64,000 nucleotides of DNA from Myxococcales bacterium (GTDB lineage Bacteria > Myxococcota_A > Polyangia > Polyangiales > DASUME01). The position numbers and the translations under genes were made by a program. Shown in pieces: positions 46,741-56,929 of the stretch. The first letter of the stretch is position 1; the number at the start of each line of letters is the position of its first letter. The stretch covers positions 8,320,001-8,384,000 of the forward strand of contig JASGJH010000001.1 in assembly GCA_047601445.1 (NCBI GenBank), in the 5' to 3' direction. The notes beneath the pieces are model-generated. The model was given only the letters and a program-made list of their open reading frames with translations, had not been told where the DNA came from and made no database searches.

Positions 46741-47607
46741 TTGAGCGCTTCTTTCCCAGCGCGCTTGCGAGCGCTGGCCGCGCAGCCTCAGACGGCCCAT
46801 TCTAAGCGGGTGTTGCTTCGCGTCGCCCACCAGAGCCTCTATCGCTATGACGTGCCGATACGGCTCGCGGATCACGTCCTGCGGCTCACACCTCGTTCGG
46901 GCAGCCACCATCTGGTCTCACACGTCATCGACGTGGAGCCCATGCCGATCGCGAGGAGCGAGGAGACCGATGCCGAGGGCAATCGGCTGACACGGCTTCA
47001 GTTCCTGGGCGAAACGAACCATCTGCGGGTGGACAGTCGATTCGAGCTCGAGACCTTCGCGCCACCGCCCTTCGGGCCCGTGGGGCGTCCCCTCGCCGCG
47101 GCGCCTGGGCCCTGGCTCCACCCCGAGGTGCGTGCCTTCGCGGAGCGTGCCGCAGCCGAAGTGGCACACGAGCCGGTCGCCTTTCTCGACCAGCTTTGCA
47201 GCACGCTGTTCAGCGGCATGCATCGCCACGTCCGGTCCGAAGGCGCTGCGCGCGCCGCTCACGAAACCCTCGCTGCTGGGGGTGGAGCGTGCCGCGATCT
47301 AACGGTGCTCTTCCTGGAAAGCTGTCGGGTATTCGGCCTCGAAGGCCGTTTCGTGAGCGGCTATCAGGCGCAGGCGGACACACCCGACGGGCAGCGCCAC
47401 CTGCACGCCTGGGCCGAGGTTTTCGTGGAAGGAGCGGGATTTCGGGGGTGGGACCCGATGCACGGCGTGCGCGTGACGGACGGCCATGTCGCGCTGTGCG
47501 CGGCGCGCACCCAGGCGGAGACGATGCCGATCGAAGGTGGCTTCTTCTTCGACGGTCCGCGCGTGAACTCGACGTTAGACCACTCGGTGCGCATCTCGAG
47601 CGATTGA
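46741..47607 (+). CDS. Transglutaminase-like protein with N-terminal domain; start uncertain
   Basis: H...YRY...LRLTPR; GACRD, HAW, WDP triad. Confidence 0.88.
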   Translation: MSASFPARLRALAAQPQTAHSKRVLLRVAHQSLYRYDVPIRLADHVLRLTPRSGSHHLVSHVIDVEPMPIARSEETDAEGNRLTRLQFLGETNHLRVDSRFELETFAPPPFGPVGRPLAAAPGPWLHPEVRAFAERAAAEVAHEPVAFLDQLCSTLFSGMHRHVRSEGAARAAHETLAAGGGACRDLTVLFLESCRVFGLEGRFVSGYQAQADTPDGQRHLHAWAEVFVEGAGFRGWDPMHGVRVTDGHVALCAARTQAETMPIEGGFFFDGPRVNSTLDHSVRISSD

Positions 47608-47680
47608 CTGCGCTTGCTGGCGGGCCCAGGCCCGCGTCAGAACCGAGCTCTCGGCCTGTTGCAACAAGGAGAATAGCCAG

Positions 47681-48166
47681 ATGCCCGACCTGAAGATGCG
47701 CACCTGTTTGTGGTTCGATCATGGCAAGGCGCGTGAAGCGGCCGAGTTCTACACCAGCCTGTTTCCCAACAGCCGCATCGAAGCCCGGCACGATGCCCCG
47801 AGCAACTATCCCGACGGCAAGGCAGGCAACGAACTCACGGTGGAGTTCACTGTGCTCGGCCAGCCTTTCCTGGGCCTCAACGGCGGCCCGAACTTCAAGC
47901 CGAACGAGTCGGTCAGCTTTCAGGTCTATACCGAGGATCAGGCCGAGACCGACCGCTACTGGAACGCGATTATCGGCAACGGTGGCGCCGCGAGCGAGTG
48001 CGGATGGTGTCGGGACCGCTGGGGCTTCTCCTGGCAGATCACCCCGCGTGCGCTGATGGAGGGCATGGCCGATCCGGACCGCGCCACCGCCAAGCGCGTC
48101 ATGGACGCGATGATGACCATGCAGAAGATCGACATCGCCAAGATCGAGGCCGCCCGCTCCGGGTAG
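47681..48166 (+). CDS. VOC/PhnB (3-demethylubiquinone-9 3-MT-like) family protein
   Basis: CLWFD..AAEFY, LNGGP, CGWCRDRWGFSWQI, MQKIDIA. Confidence 0.92.
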   Translation: MPDLKMRTCLWFDHGKAREAAEFYTSLFPNSRIEARHDAPSNYPDGKAGNELTVEFTVLGQPFLGLNGGPNFKPNESVSFQVYTEDQAETDRYWNAIIGNGGAASECGWCRDRWGFSWQITPRALMEGMADPDRATAKRVMDAMMTMQKIDIAKIEAARSG

Positions 48167-48283
48167 GGACGGGCCTCGCTGGAGGGCCGCGGAACGCAGG
48201 CCGCGGGTAGCCAGGGACTCGCCGATCGAGAATCGCAACGCTCCCGCAATCTGCCGTTCTTTCTGGCCGCGCACAGTGAAGCC

Positions 48284-49570
48284 ATGTTGCAACGAGAGCA
48301 GCCCCACGTCGTGATCCTAGGCGCCGGCTTTGCCGGACTATCGGCGGCCAAGACGCTCAAAGACGCCAAAGTTCGCATTACGCTGATCGACCGTAGCAAC
48401 CATCATCTGTTCCAGCCGCTCTTGTACCAGGTGGCCACGGCCGCCCTGGCCGCCCCCGACATCTCCGCGCCCATACGCAAACTTCTGTGGAAGCAACGCA
48501 ATGTCACGGTTTGGATGTCTCCTATCAAGCACATCGATCTCGAGAAGAAGCGCATCGTGATCGAGGACGGGGAAACGACCTACGACTATCTGATCGTCGC
48601 CACCGGCATGACGCACGCGTACTTCGGTTTCGACGCCTGGGCTGCCCATGCACCGGGCCTCAAGACGATGGGCGAAGCGCTCGACGTGCGGCGCCGCATT
48701 TTGCGCGCGTTCGAGGCGGCCGAGATCGCGCCTGACGTCGCGACGCGACGCGCCTGGACCACGTTCGTGGTGATCGGTGGCGGTCCGACCGGGGTCGAGC
48801 TGGCAGGTGCGCTGGCCGAGATTGCGGGCCGCACGCTGGCGCGAGATTTTCGACACTTCGATCCGCGAACGACCCGTGTGCTTTTGGTCGAGGCAGGGCC
48901 GCGCATTCTCACACCCTTCACGGAGGCGCTCTCCCAATCGGCGCGCGAGCAGCTGGAATCGCTGGGCGTCGAGGTTCGCACTGGAACCCCAGTCTCCGAT
49001 CTGGGCGAGGGCTTCGTGGAGATCGGCTCCGAGCACATCTCCACGCACACCATCTTGTGGGCGGCGGGCGTCCGCGCGAGCCCCTTGACGGCCCAGCTGG
49101 GTGTGCCGATCGACAAGGCTGGTCGCGTTTGGGTCGAAGACGACCTTTCGGTTCCCGACCGTCGGGAGGTGTTCGTTGTCGGCGACCTGATCGCGAAGAC
49201 GCAGGAGGGAAAGCCGCTGCCCGGCGTGGCCCCGCTTGCAGTGCAGAGCGGCCGGCACGCAGCCGAGAACATCGCAGCAGACCTCGCCAACAAGCCTCGT
49301 CGGACGTTCCACTACAGAGACAAGGGATCGATGGCGACCATCGGGCGCAACAAGGCCGTGGCGCAGATAGGGCGCTTCCACTTCACGGGTGTGCTCGCCT
49401 GGTGGCTCTGGCTCCTGGTGCACGTCATGTCGCTGGTGGAGTTCCGCAGTCGGCTCGCGGTGCTCGTCGAGTGGGCTTGGGCGTACTTCACTTGGCAGCG
49501 CAGGTCGCGCGTGATCCTGGAGGTGCCCCGCGAATTCGCGCGCCCGAAGCATGCGGCCCGCACCGTGTGA
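48284..49570 (+). CDS. ndh: Type II NADH dehydrogenase-like flavoprotein
   Basis: GAGFAG, HLFQPLLYQVAT, GGGPTGVELAG, WAAGV, DKGSMATIGR. Confidence 0.9.
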   Translation: MLQREQPHVVILGAGFAGLSAAKTLKDAKVRITLIDRSNHHLFQPLLYQVATAALAAPDISAPIRKLLWKQRNVTVWMSPIKHIDLEKKRIVIEDGETTYDYLIVATGMTHAYFGFDAWAAHAPGLKTMGEALDVRRRILRAFEAAEIAPDVATRRAWTTFVVIGGGPTGVELAGALAEIAGRTLARDFRHFDPRTTRVLLVEAGPRILTPFTEALSQSAREQLESLGVEVRTGTPVSDLGEGFVEIGSEHISTHTILWAAGVRASPLTAQLGVPIDKAGRVWVEDDLSVPDRREVFVVGDLIAKTQEGKPLPGVAPLAVQSGRHAAENIAADLANKPRRTFHYRDKGSMATIGRNKAVAQIGRFHFTGVLAWWLWLLVHVMSLVEFRSRLAVLVEWAWAYFTWQRRSRVILEVPREFARPKHAARTV

Positions 49571-49617
49571 CACGCTGCTCGTGCGGAGCCGATGACGAGA
49601 TCACAGCGAGGATTTGG

Positions 49618-50328
49618 TCAGCGCGCGCGGCTGTTGCCCGAACAGGTGTAGAACAGCGCCATCAAGGCTAGAGGCAGCAGGAATTTGTTGGCCAGTGGCG
49701 TGACCCAGCTCTCGTAGAGCCATGCCACCCACGCGGCCTGGCTGGCGGGATAGACGAGGTCGGGCACCCGGGAGAAGACCCAGGCCGCCGTGATCCACAC
49801 ACAAACCAGGGCGGACATTGCGAGCACGGGGAGCCCGAGTGCGAGCGCACGCCACCTGCGTCGCGGCTCGAACGGAACCGCCATCACAAGTGCCACGAGG
49901 ACCGTTACGGGCAGGTAGAGGAGTCGCCGCGGATTCACGCGCACGGAGTGCGCTTGCGCGATGCCCTCCACGCGCAGTGTCAGCACCGTGTCCCACGAAG
50001 AGATCTCCTGGGAAGTCGCACGCGCGGGCTGCACGTCGATATGGCCACCGCTGCCCAACGTGAGCTCACCGAGCGTGACGTTGGCGAGGTGCGAGAAAGC
50101 CTGGGTCAACGGCGGACGCAGCGGTTGCCAGATCCAGAGCCCCAGCAGCAACACAACCGTGAAGCGAAGCAAGGGGCCTCGCAGGCTCTTGCGTGCATCG
50201 TCGCGTCCACCCACCGGGGCGACGGCTGGCTGCAATGCGGCGACCGCCGGTCCGTCGCATACGGGCTCTACGCGACGCGGCTCCGGGCGAGCCTTGACCT
50301 TGTTGCGCGTCTTGCGTCTAGCGGACAC
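49618..50328 (-). CDS. Exosortase-associated membrane protein
   Basis: GTG start overlaps the exosortase stop; 4 TM segments with a soluble loop. Confidence 0.65.
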   Translation of the reverse strand: MSARRKTRNKVKARPEPRRVEPVCDGPAVAALQPAVAPVGGRDDARKSLRGPLLRFTVVLLLGLWIWQPLRPPLTQAFSHLANVTLGELTLGSGGHIDVQPARATSQEISSWDTVLTLRVEGIAQAHSVRVNPRRLLYLPVTVLVALVMAVPFEPRRRWRALALGLPVLAMSALVCVWITAAWVFSRVPDLVYPASQAAWVAWLYESWVTPLANKFLLPLALMALFYTCSGNSRAR

Positions 50329-50848
50329 GGGCCGACCCACGCAACCACAACATGAATAACCCGCAGGTGCAGGCCACGAGTAGCAGAGGCATCCACTCCT
50401 CGTGAACTTCGTCGAAGCGGGCAGGGGAATGCGCACCGACCAGGTACAGGAGTGCCACGCGCGTCAGGTTGAGGAGGTTGAGCGCGGCGAGCCCCAGTGC
50501 GAGCCCCAGCGCTTTGAAGCGTGCTCGTGCGGGAAAAGTCAGGACCGCGCCTGCATAGAGAGCCTGCAGATCGAGCGCCGAGCAGGTCTTGACGATGAGG
50601 AGCGAGTAGGCCCCGTCGATGGAGGTGCCCTCCACGCGGACGCTGGGGTCGAAGATGCCGATCAACCATCCCGAGAGCCTGGCCTGTAGCGTGAGGTACT
50701 CCTGGAGGCTCCGCCCCACCGAGCCACTTGGGTCGTACGGGAAGTAGTAGAGGACCATGAGGCCCGTCATGCACGCTGCGGCGCGCAGAGCGTAGCCGAG
50801 GCCAGTCGGTACGCGCGGCCCAGACTGTGTGCTCGAGGCCGCGTCCAT
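50318..50848 (-). CDS. Exosortase/archaeosortase, XrtH-like
   Basis: IVKTCSA (Cys), NLTRV (Arg), FDEVHEEW (His); 176-aa multi-TM. Confidence 0.82.
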   Translation of the reverse strand: MDAASSTQSGPRVPTGLGYALRAAACMTGLMVLYYFPYDPSGSVGRSLQEYLTLQARLSGWLIGIFDPSVRVEGTSIDGAYSLLIVKTCSALDLQALYAGAVLTFPARARFKALGLALGLAALNLLNLTRVALLYLVGAHSPARFDEVHEEWMPLLLVACTCGLFMLWLRGSARVR

Positions 50849-50963
50849 GGCCGAAAAAGCTAGCCGCAGCCCGTGGCGCGCTGCGTGACATTGCGGTCAC
50901 AACTGTGCGGAGTTCGCTTGCAAAAGACATGCGACGGCGGGTCCGAATGGCTACTCTCACCCG

Positions 50964-51371
50964 ATGGCAGCACGCAAAGAGTCGACCCATCCCGTCAAAG
51001 CGCTGTCGTCCGCCGATGCGGCGCTCGTCGAGCGCCTGCGCAAGCTGTGTCTGACGTTTCCGGAGGCCAACGAGCGGGTATCGCATGGCGAGCCCACCTG
51101 GTTCGCAGGCAAGGGCAAAGTCTTTGCCATGCTCGACAATCACCACCATGGCTCGCCCCATCTCTCCGTGTGGCTTCCGCAGCCGCCGGGCGTGCAGGAG
51201 AGCTTGATGGAGGCGGACGCCAAGCGCTTCTTCCGACCCCCCTATGTGGGGCCGAGCGGCTGGGTCGGCGTGGTGCTCGATACCAAGCCTGACTGGAAGC
51301 TGGTTGTACAACTGCTTCGCGACTCGTTCGTGCACGTCGCGACGAAGAAGCTGATCGCGCAACTCCCGTAG
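50964..51371 (+). CDS. MmcQ/YjbR-family protein
   Basis: FPEA.E..SHGEPTW..GKVFA; PPYVGPSGWVGV; DW. Confidence 0.88.
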   Translation: MAARKESTHPVKALSSADAALVERLRKLCLTFPEANERVSHGEPTWFAGKGKVFAMLDNHHHGSPHLSVWLPQPPGVQESLMEADAKRFFRPPYVGPSGWVGVVLDTKPDWKLVVQLLRDSFVHVATKKLIAQLP

Positions 51372-51621
51372 CTTGGGCGTGGCGAAAGCCACCCGGCTGA
51401 CCTGCCTGACCGAGGTCGACGTTTGCCGCCGCGAACTCGAAAAGGTGTCAGGAAATCGTTTCGCCACGAGCCTCCGGAATTCGTGGCTCCGGTCGCGCCG
51501 TAGCGTAACTGTCACGTCGACGTAACCGCGTCATTCTTCCTATCTGGTAACCGGGACTCGGCTATCGCCCGCCGATTCTTGAGTCGGTGCCGCGGCGTTC
51601 TAGCAGCGAGGAATCGAGACC

Positions 51622-54600
51622 ATGCGGAAGTCGTCGGCGAGGGCGGTCACTCTGGTAGCGGCCGTGTCATCCGTTTGTCTGCTGCTCGGGGGCGTGTGGT
51701 GGTACCGCGGGGAAGGGCGAGAACCCACGCGTGACTTAGATGCGGTGCGCGCGCCCTCACTGGCTCAGGGACCTATGCTGGGGGAACCGCTCGACCTCGC
51801 AGCGAGGCGGCCCTCGAGCCCTGGGGAGCGCGCCAGCCAATCCGCCTCATCCGCCCAGGCGCCCGTCGACGTGGGCGCCGTGATGCGGCGCGTACGCCAT
51901 GGGTTTCGCGAGGACGTGGCAGCGGGTGGTTCTGGCCCCAGGCCAAGCAAGGGCGCTTCAGAGCGATTCAAGGGCGGCGCGGACATCTATCGCGTGCAGG
52001 TGGACAAGGGCGCGGTGACGCTCACGCCGGTCCACTATCCGAATGGCCGCCCCGTCGGGGCCGCCCGCCGCGAACCAAGACTGCTCGACCCTGTTCAAAA
52101 CCCGGCGTCGTCCGGGGAAGAGCGTCTCGCCGGCTCCCCCTTGACCCTCGAGACCAGCGCCATCACGCGCGGCGGCAAGAGCCTGCTCGCTGCGCCCATG
52201 ACCGAGGTCGGGAGCGAGGGCGAGCTGCGCATCAAACGCGGCGCAGTGACCGAAGTGCTGAGAAACTCGGAGCAGGACCTCGAGCAGAGCTGGGAGCTGA
52301 GCAAGCCTCCCGCGGGAGAAGGCGATCTCCTGGTCCGCGTGGCAGTCCGCGGACAGAAGCTGCGCGCGGCAGACCACACGGGCTTGCACTTCGTCGGCAG
52401 TCAGCACGAGCTCGGCTTCGCCTACTCCCATGCCACTGTGGTGGACGCGAGCGGAGAGCGCACGCCGGTGCCGGTTCGCTTTGAGGACGGAGCGATCGTG
52501 CTCGCGGTGAACGCCGAGCTACTGGACGAGGCGGAGTATCCGCTCGTGATCGACCCGGTGGTGGGTCCGGAGCGTGACACAGGGATCCCGGTGTTCGGCC
52601 CGGCGAGCCTGGATGAAGGCGATCCCGTCGTGGCAGCGAGTGGCCAGGGGACGTACCTCGTAGTGTGGGAGGTGAACCAGGACCTCTATGGGACGCGTGT
52701 GAACGCCAGCGGTTCGGTGCTCGACCCCGCGGGAATCGCCATCTCGACGGCCATGAATGCCCAGGTCGCCCCCGCCGTGGCGCATGACGGAACCAACTGG
52801 CTCGTCGTCTGGTCCGACTTCCGCAGTGGCGCTGCCAACATCCTCGGGACGCGAGTTCGCACCACCACGGGCGCCGTCCTCGACCCCAATGGCTTCACGA
52901 TTTCGAACGCGGTCGACGCTCAATCGACCCCTGCGGTCGCGCACAATGGAAGCAACTGGCTCGTCGTCTGGGCGGACGCACGTAACGCCACGGGCTCGTC
53001 GGATGTCTACGGTGCGCGTGTGACCTCGAATGGCGTGATCCTCGACGCCAACGGGATCGCCATGTCCACCGCCGCCAACGTGCAATCGGCCCCATCCGTG
53101 GCGTCCGGCGGAGCCAACTGGCTGGTCGCGTGGAATGACTACCGCAGCGACGTCAACCATCCCGACGTCTACGCTGCCCGCATCGATGCCAACGGTGTCC
53201 TCGTCGATTCCAGCGGCATCGCCATCGCGACGGGTGCGGGCGACGAGCGCAACCCCGCGGTGGCCTACGACGGGACCCAGTGGCTGATCGCCATGGAGCG
53301 TGCGACCGACCTCTATGGGGCGCGGCTGAGCGCTGCTGGCGTCGTGCTCGATCCGAGTGGCTTCGTCGTCTCGACGGCAGTCAACAGCCAGAGCGACCCC
53401 GCAGTGTCCTACGATGGATCCAACTGGGTGGTGGTCTGGTCGGACGCTCGCTCGGGCGTTCCAAGCGTCTACGGGGCGCGCGTGAACGCCGGCGCGACGG
53501 TGCTCGACGCTAGTGGATTCCCAATCGCGACCGCCGCCCAGTCTCGCTACCCTGCCATCGCACGGGATGGAACCAGCTGCCTCGTCGTTTGGGAGGACGA
53601 TCGCAGCACGGCCGCCACCACCATCTACGGCGCGCGCGTAAGCTCCGGCTCGATTCTCGACGCCTCGGGAATCGCGCTCTCGAGCAGCGCCGCCAACCAG
53701 CAATCGAGCGTCGCGCTCGCCTACGACGGCACCAACTGGCTCGTGGTCTGGCGGGACGATGACGTGGACTCTTCCGACATCTACGGAACGCGTGTGAACG
53801 CAGCGGGTGTCGTTCTCGACCCGAACGGCATCGGCATCGCGACGGGGCCTTTCAGTCAGTTCAACCCGGCGGTCGCGCACAACGGAACGGACTGGCTCGT
53901 CGTCTGGGAAGACTCGAGTGATAGCCCCAGCCTGTACGATCTCTACGGAACGCGCGTAACCGCCAACGGCACGGTGCTCAATCCGACCCCGATCGCCATC
54001 TCGACTGCCGCCCAAAACCAGCTCTCTCCCGCGATTGCGTCCGATGGATACAACTGGTTCGTCGTTTGGCACGACAACCGGAGCGGCAACTACGACACCT
54101 ACGGCACGCGTGTCGACGCCAGTGGCTTCGTCCTCAATCCGAGCGGCTTGGCCCTTTCGACGGCCACCAACAACCAGCTCTATCCGGCCGCGTCGTACGA
54201 TGGAACCAACTGGCTCGTGGTCTGGCAGGACTATCGAAACGGCAGCGGCAACAGCGACATCTACGGCACGCGCGTCAGCTCGAGCGGCGTCCTGCTCAAC
54301 CCGAGCGGCATCAGCATCGCGACTGGGGCACAGAGCCAGCTCTTCCCCGCGCTCGCGCACGACGGTACCAACTGGCTCGTGGCCTGGGACGACTTTCGCG
54401 GCGCCACCTACGACATCTACGGTGCCCGGGTCAACGCAGGGGGCGGCCTGCTGGACACCAGCGGACTCGTCCTCGGTAGCGGCGCAGGCGATCAGACCTC
54501 CGCTTCGGTGGCGCACGACGGCACCAGCTGGATCGTGGCTTGGCAAGACAAGCGCAGCGGCGGCAGCATCGACATCTACGGCTCGCGCGTGGACGCCAAC

Positions 54601-55731
54601 GGCGTGCGCCTCGATGCGAACGGATTCGGCATCGCGACGGGCTCGCCAAACGAGCAGGCCCCTGCGATCGCCTCCGGCCCGAATGGCACGCTGCTGGTTT
54701 CATACGCTTCTGTGTCGGGCGCGAACGTCCGCGCGAAGATACGCCTGTTCCGCGGTCAGTGCGCCGCGGCCGACGTCACCTGCGACGGGGTCGACGATGA
54801 TTGCAATGGCACCGCCGACGAAGACTACGTGCCCACGCCGGGCTCGTGCGGCGTCGGCGCCTGTCTCGCGATGGCCACCAAGAGCTGTAGCGCGGGTGTG
54901 GAGCACGTGGTTTGTACACCGGGAACGCCGGCATCGAGCGACGCCACCTGCAACGGCATCGACGAGGACTGCAACGGCACCAAGGACGAGGACTACGTGC
55001 CGTCCGCCACGGCCTGCGGTATCGGCGCATGCTCTGCCAACGGTACCAAGAGCTGCGTCGCGGGCAGCGAACACGACAGTTGCACACCGGGGACGCCGGC
55101 CCCGAGCGACGCCACTTGCAACGGTCTCGACGATGACTGCAACGGCACCAGCGACGAGGACTATCTGCTCACCGCTACGGCGTGCGGCGTCGGCGTCTGC
55201 TCCGCCAGCGGTACCCTGAGCTGCACTGCGGGTAGCGAACACAACAGCTGCACGCCTGGGACCCCCGCCTCGAGCGACGCCACCTGCAACGGTCTCGACG
55301 ACGACTGCAACGGCACCAGCGACGAGGACTACGTGCCCGTCGCCACCACCTGCGGCATGGGCGTGTGCTCCGCCAGCGGAAGCATGAGGTGCATCACGGG
55401 CCAAGAGAGCAATAACTGCGTGCCCGGCGCGCCCACGGGCAACGACGCCAGCTGCAACGGGCTCGACGACGACTGCGACGGCCACAGTGACGAAGCCTTC
55501 GTCGCTGTCCAAGGATGCGGCGTCTGCGTCTCGGGTACGTGTACCACGCTCCCGAGTGGCGCGAGCTGCACGACAGGACTGCAGTGTACCTCGGGCTTTT
55601 GCAAGAACTCGGTCTGCGCCGCCGCATCGGCAGTGCCCGCATCCAACCTGTTTGGGCTGAGCTTGCTGGCGGTGGGATTGGCCGCGGTCGGTGCGGCCGG
55701 CATGCGCAAGCGGCGCCGAAGCGAGCGCTGA
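51622..55731 (+). CDS. 1369-aa surface protein: N-terminal beta domain, 14 propeller blades, 5 Cys/Asp-rich repeats, IPTL-CTERM-like tail
   Basis: Repeats P.VA.DGTNWLVVW.D.R..DIYG.RV; CNG.DDDCNG..DED x5; tail VPASNLFG-TM-RKRRR. Confidence 0.92.
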   Translation: MRKSSARAVTLVAAVSSVCLLLGGVWWYRGEGREPTRDLDAVRAPSLAQGPMLGEPLDLAARRPSSPGERASQSASSAQAPVDVGAVMRRVRHGFREDVAAGGSGPRPSKGASERFKGGADIYRVQVDKGAVTLTPVHYPNGRPVGAARREPRLLDPVQNPASSGEERLAGSPLTLETSAITRGGKSLLAAPMTEVGSEGELRIKRGAVTEVLRNSEQDLEQSWELSKPPAGEGDLLVRVAVRGQKLRAADHTGLHFVGSQHELGFAYSHATVVDASGERTPVPVRFEDGAIVLAVNAELLDEAEYPLVIDPVVGPERDTGIPVFGPASLDEGDPVVAASGQGTYLVVWEVNQDLYGTRVNASGSVLDPAGIAISTAMNAQVAPAVAHDGTNWLVVWSDFRSGAANILGTRVRTTTGAVLDPNGFTISNAVDAQSTPAVAHNGSNWLVVWADARNATGSSDVYGARVTSNGVILDANGIAMSTAANVQSAPSVASGGANWLVAWNDYRSDVNHPDVYAARIDANGVLVDSSGIAIATGAGDERNPAVAYDGTQWLIAMERATDLYGARLSAAGVVLDPSGFVVSTAVNSQSDPAVSYDGSNWVVVWSDARSGVPSVYGARVNAGATVLDASGFPIATAAQSRYPAIARDGTSCLVVWEDDRSTAATTIYGARVSSGSILDASGIALSSSAANQQSSVALAYDGTNWLVVWRDDDVDSSDIYGTRVNAAGVVLDPNGIGIATGPFSQFNPAVAHNGTDWLVVWEDSSDSPSLYDLYGTRVTANGTVLNPTPIAISTAAQNQLSPAIASDGYNWFVVWHDNRSGNYDTYGTRVDASGFVLNPSGLALSTATNNQLYPAASYDGTNWLVVWQDYRNGSGNSDIYGTRVSSSGVLLNPSGISIATGAQSQLFPALAHDGTNWLVAWDDFRGATYDIYGARVNAGGGLLDTSGLVLGSGAGDQTSASVAHDGTSWIVAWQDKRSGGSIDIYGSRVDANGVRLDANGFGIATGSPNEQAPAIASGPNGTLLVSYASVSGANVRAKIRLFRGQCAAADVTCDGVDDDCNGTADEDYVPTPGSCGVGACLAMATKSCSAGVEHVVCTPGTPASSDATCNGIDEDCNGTKDEDYVPSATACGIGACSANGTKSCVAGSEHDSCTPGTPAPSDATCNGLDDDCNGTSDEDYLLTATACGVGVCSASGTLSCTAGSEHNSCTPGTPASSDATCNGLDDDCNGTSDEDYVPVATTCGMGVCSASGSMRCITGQESNNCVPGAPTGNDASCNGLDDDCDGHSDEAFVAVQGCGVCVSGTCTTLPSGASCTTGLQCTSGFCKNSVCAAASAVPASNLFGLSLLAVGLAAVGAAGMRKRRRSER
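54772..55500 (+). repeat. Intragenic tandem repeat, 168-bp period
   Basis: TGC(A/G)ACGG starts at 54781, 54949, 55117, 55285 and 55453. Confidence 0.9.
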
Positions 55732-55748
55732 GGGCCACGTCCGTTAGG

Positions 55749-56789
55749 CTATTCCGAGGTCACGGCGTCACACCCGTCGCTGTTAGCGATCACGAAGCGC
55801 GAAGCAGAGTAGCACCCTCCAAACGCCGTCACCGGGGCACCAGCTTGCTCGGCCGCGTCGGTGAGCAACTGGAGGGTGTCACTACCCTCCGAGTCCTCTC
55901 CATAGCCGATATCGCCAGTGGTGATCTCGCGGATGGGCGTGCCCGGCGGAGCGGAGACTTGTACGGTGTCGAAGCTAGTCCAGATGACCTCGGCGAGTTG
56001 CACGCCTTCGTCCTGCGTGATGACCCAGTTCATGGCCTCGTAGCTTGAGAGCACCAGCGTTACAGGAACCCCCACGCGCTCGACGTGCACGCTCGCGTCG
56101 TGCGTCGCAGGTTCGGCAAAGGAATCGCCGCTGCTGCGCCCTTCGTACACACCGATGACGTAGACTTCGGGTGAGCCGGCCTCACCCTCGAGCTGACGCA
56201 CACGGTAGCCAGCCTGGACGTAGCAGTCCTGCACGCGTACTCGTCCTTCACACGTGGCGGGGGCTTGCCCGTCGTTCCCGTCATCGATGACAAGCTCCAC
56301 GTCGTAGCCGCCGATCTCGAAGTTCGTGCTCCGTAGCTCGAATTGGAGCGAGACCGCGCTGCCTTGGCCCGCGCTCACCTTGAACCCAAGAGGATTGTCG
56401 GAGATGACGTTCGCCAGGAACGGGCGATCCGTCTGGACCGTGGAATCGACGGGCTCCAGAAAAGCATGGCCCACGATCGAGACCCAGTACGTCCCTGGCG
56501 GGGCAACGTCGGAGATGGTGTCCTCCATCAGTTCGTCGGTCGCGTAGGTCTTGCGGAAGTTCGCTCCGGCCACGACGACGGTGGCGCCCCGCAGACGGTA
56601 GCTTGGGCCGGACGCCCCCGGGGTGACCAAGGTCAGCGCGAAGGACCCTGTCGTGGTGCTCTCGTCGGGTGCATCTCCGCTACCCCGGTGCGAAGCGCGC
56701 GACGTGGGCTCGTCTCCGTCGCCACAGGAGACCGAGGCCAAAGCCAGTAAGCCAGCGATCAGACGCGCTTTCGTTTCCGGGTGATGCAC
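55749..56789 (-). CDS. Hypothetical lipoprotein
   Basis: SVSC lipobox; GGAGG RBS; VIGVYE..LVLSSYE..W domain. Confidence 0.75.
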   Translation of the reverse strand: MHHPETKARLIAGLLALASVSCGDGDEPTSRASHRGSGDAPDESTTTGSFALTLVTPGASGPSYRLRGATVVVAGANFRKTYATDELMEDTISDVAPPGTYWVSIVGHAFLEPVDSTVQTDRPFLANVISDNPLGFKVSAGQGSAVSLQFELRSTNFEIGGYDVELVIDDGNDGQAPATCEGRVRVQDCYVQAGYRVRQLEGEAGSPEVYVIGVYEGRSSGDSFAEPATHDASVHVERVGVPVTLVLSSYEAMNWVITQDEGVQLAEVIWTSFDTVQVSAPPGTPIREITTGDIGYGEDSEGSDTLQLLTDAAEQAGAPVTAFGGCYSASRFVIANSDGCDAVTSE

Positions 56790-56929
56790 GAGCCCTCCGA
56801 GTGATAGGAATGGGAGCCTCGAGCCTCGCAGAATGGTCCAGCCGAGCCGATGTTTTGGGAGGGTCTCACCCCGGCTTCATCCCACGTAGTGCTCCGCATG
56901 AAAGGTGTGCGTGTTGCACGCAGTCGTCC

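Noticed and set aside
51375..51395. GAAA-tetraloop hairpin as a c-di-GMP riboswitch
   Set aside because: Lacks the GEMM P1 and second-stem consensus; more likely a simple 3' hairpin of the yjbR-like gene
4608..54546. Long alternative ORFs (e.g. 4608-5963-, 18069-20117+, 30035-31906+, 38082-39584+, 52519-54546-)
   Set aside because: Shadow or antisense frames of well-supported genes in high-GC DNA; Arg/Ala/Pro-rich with no motifs
52600..55500. Nucleotide repeats as a mobile or non-coding array
   Set aside because: Fully explained by in-frame protein repeats
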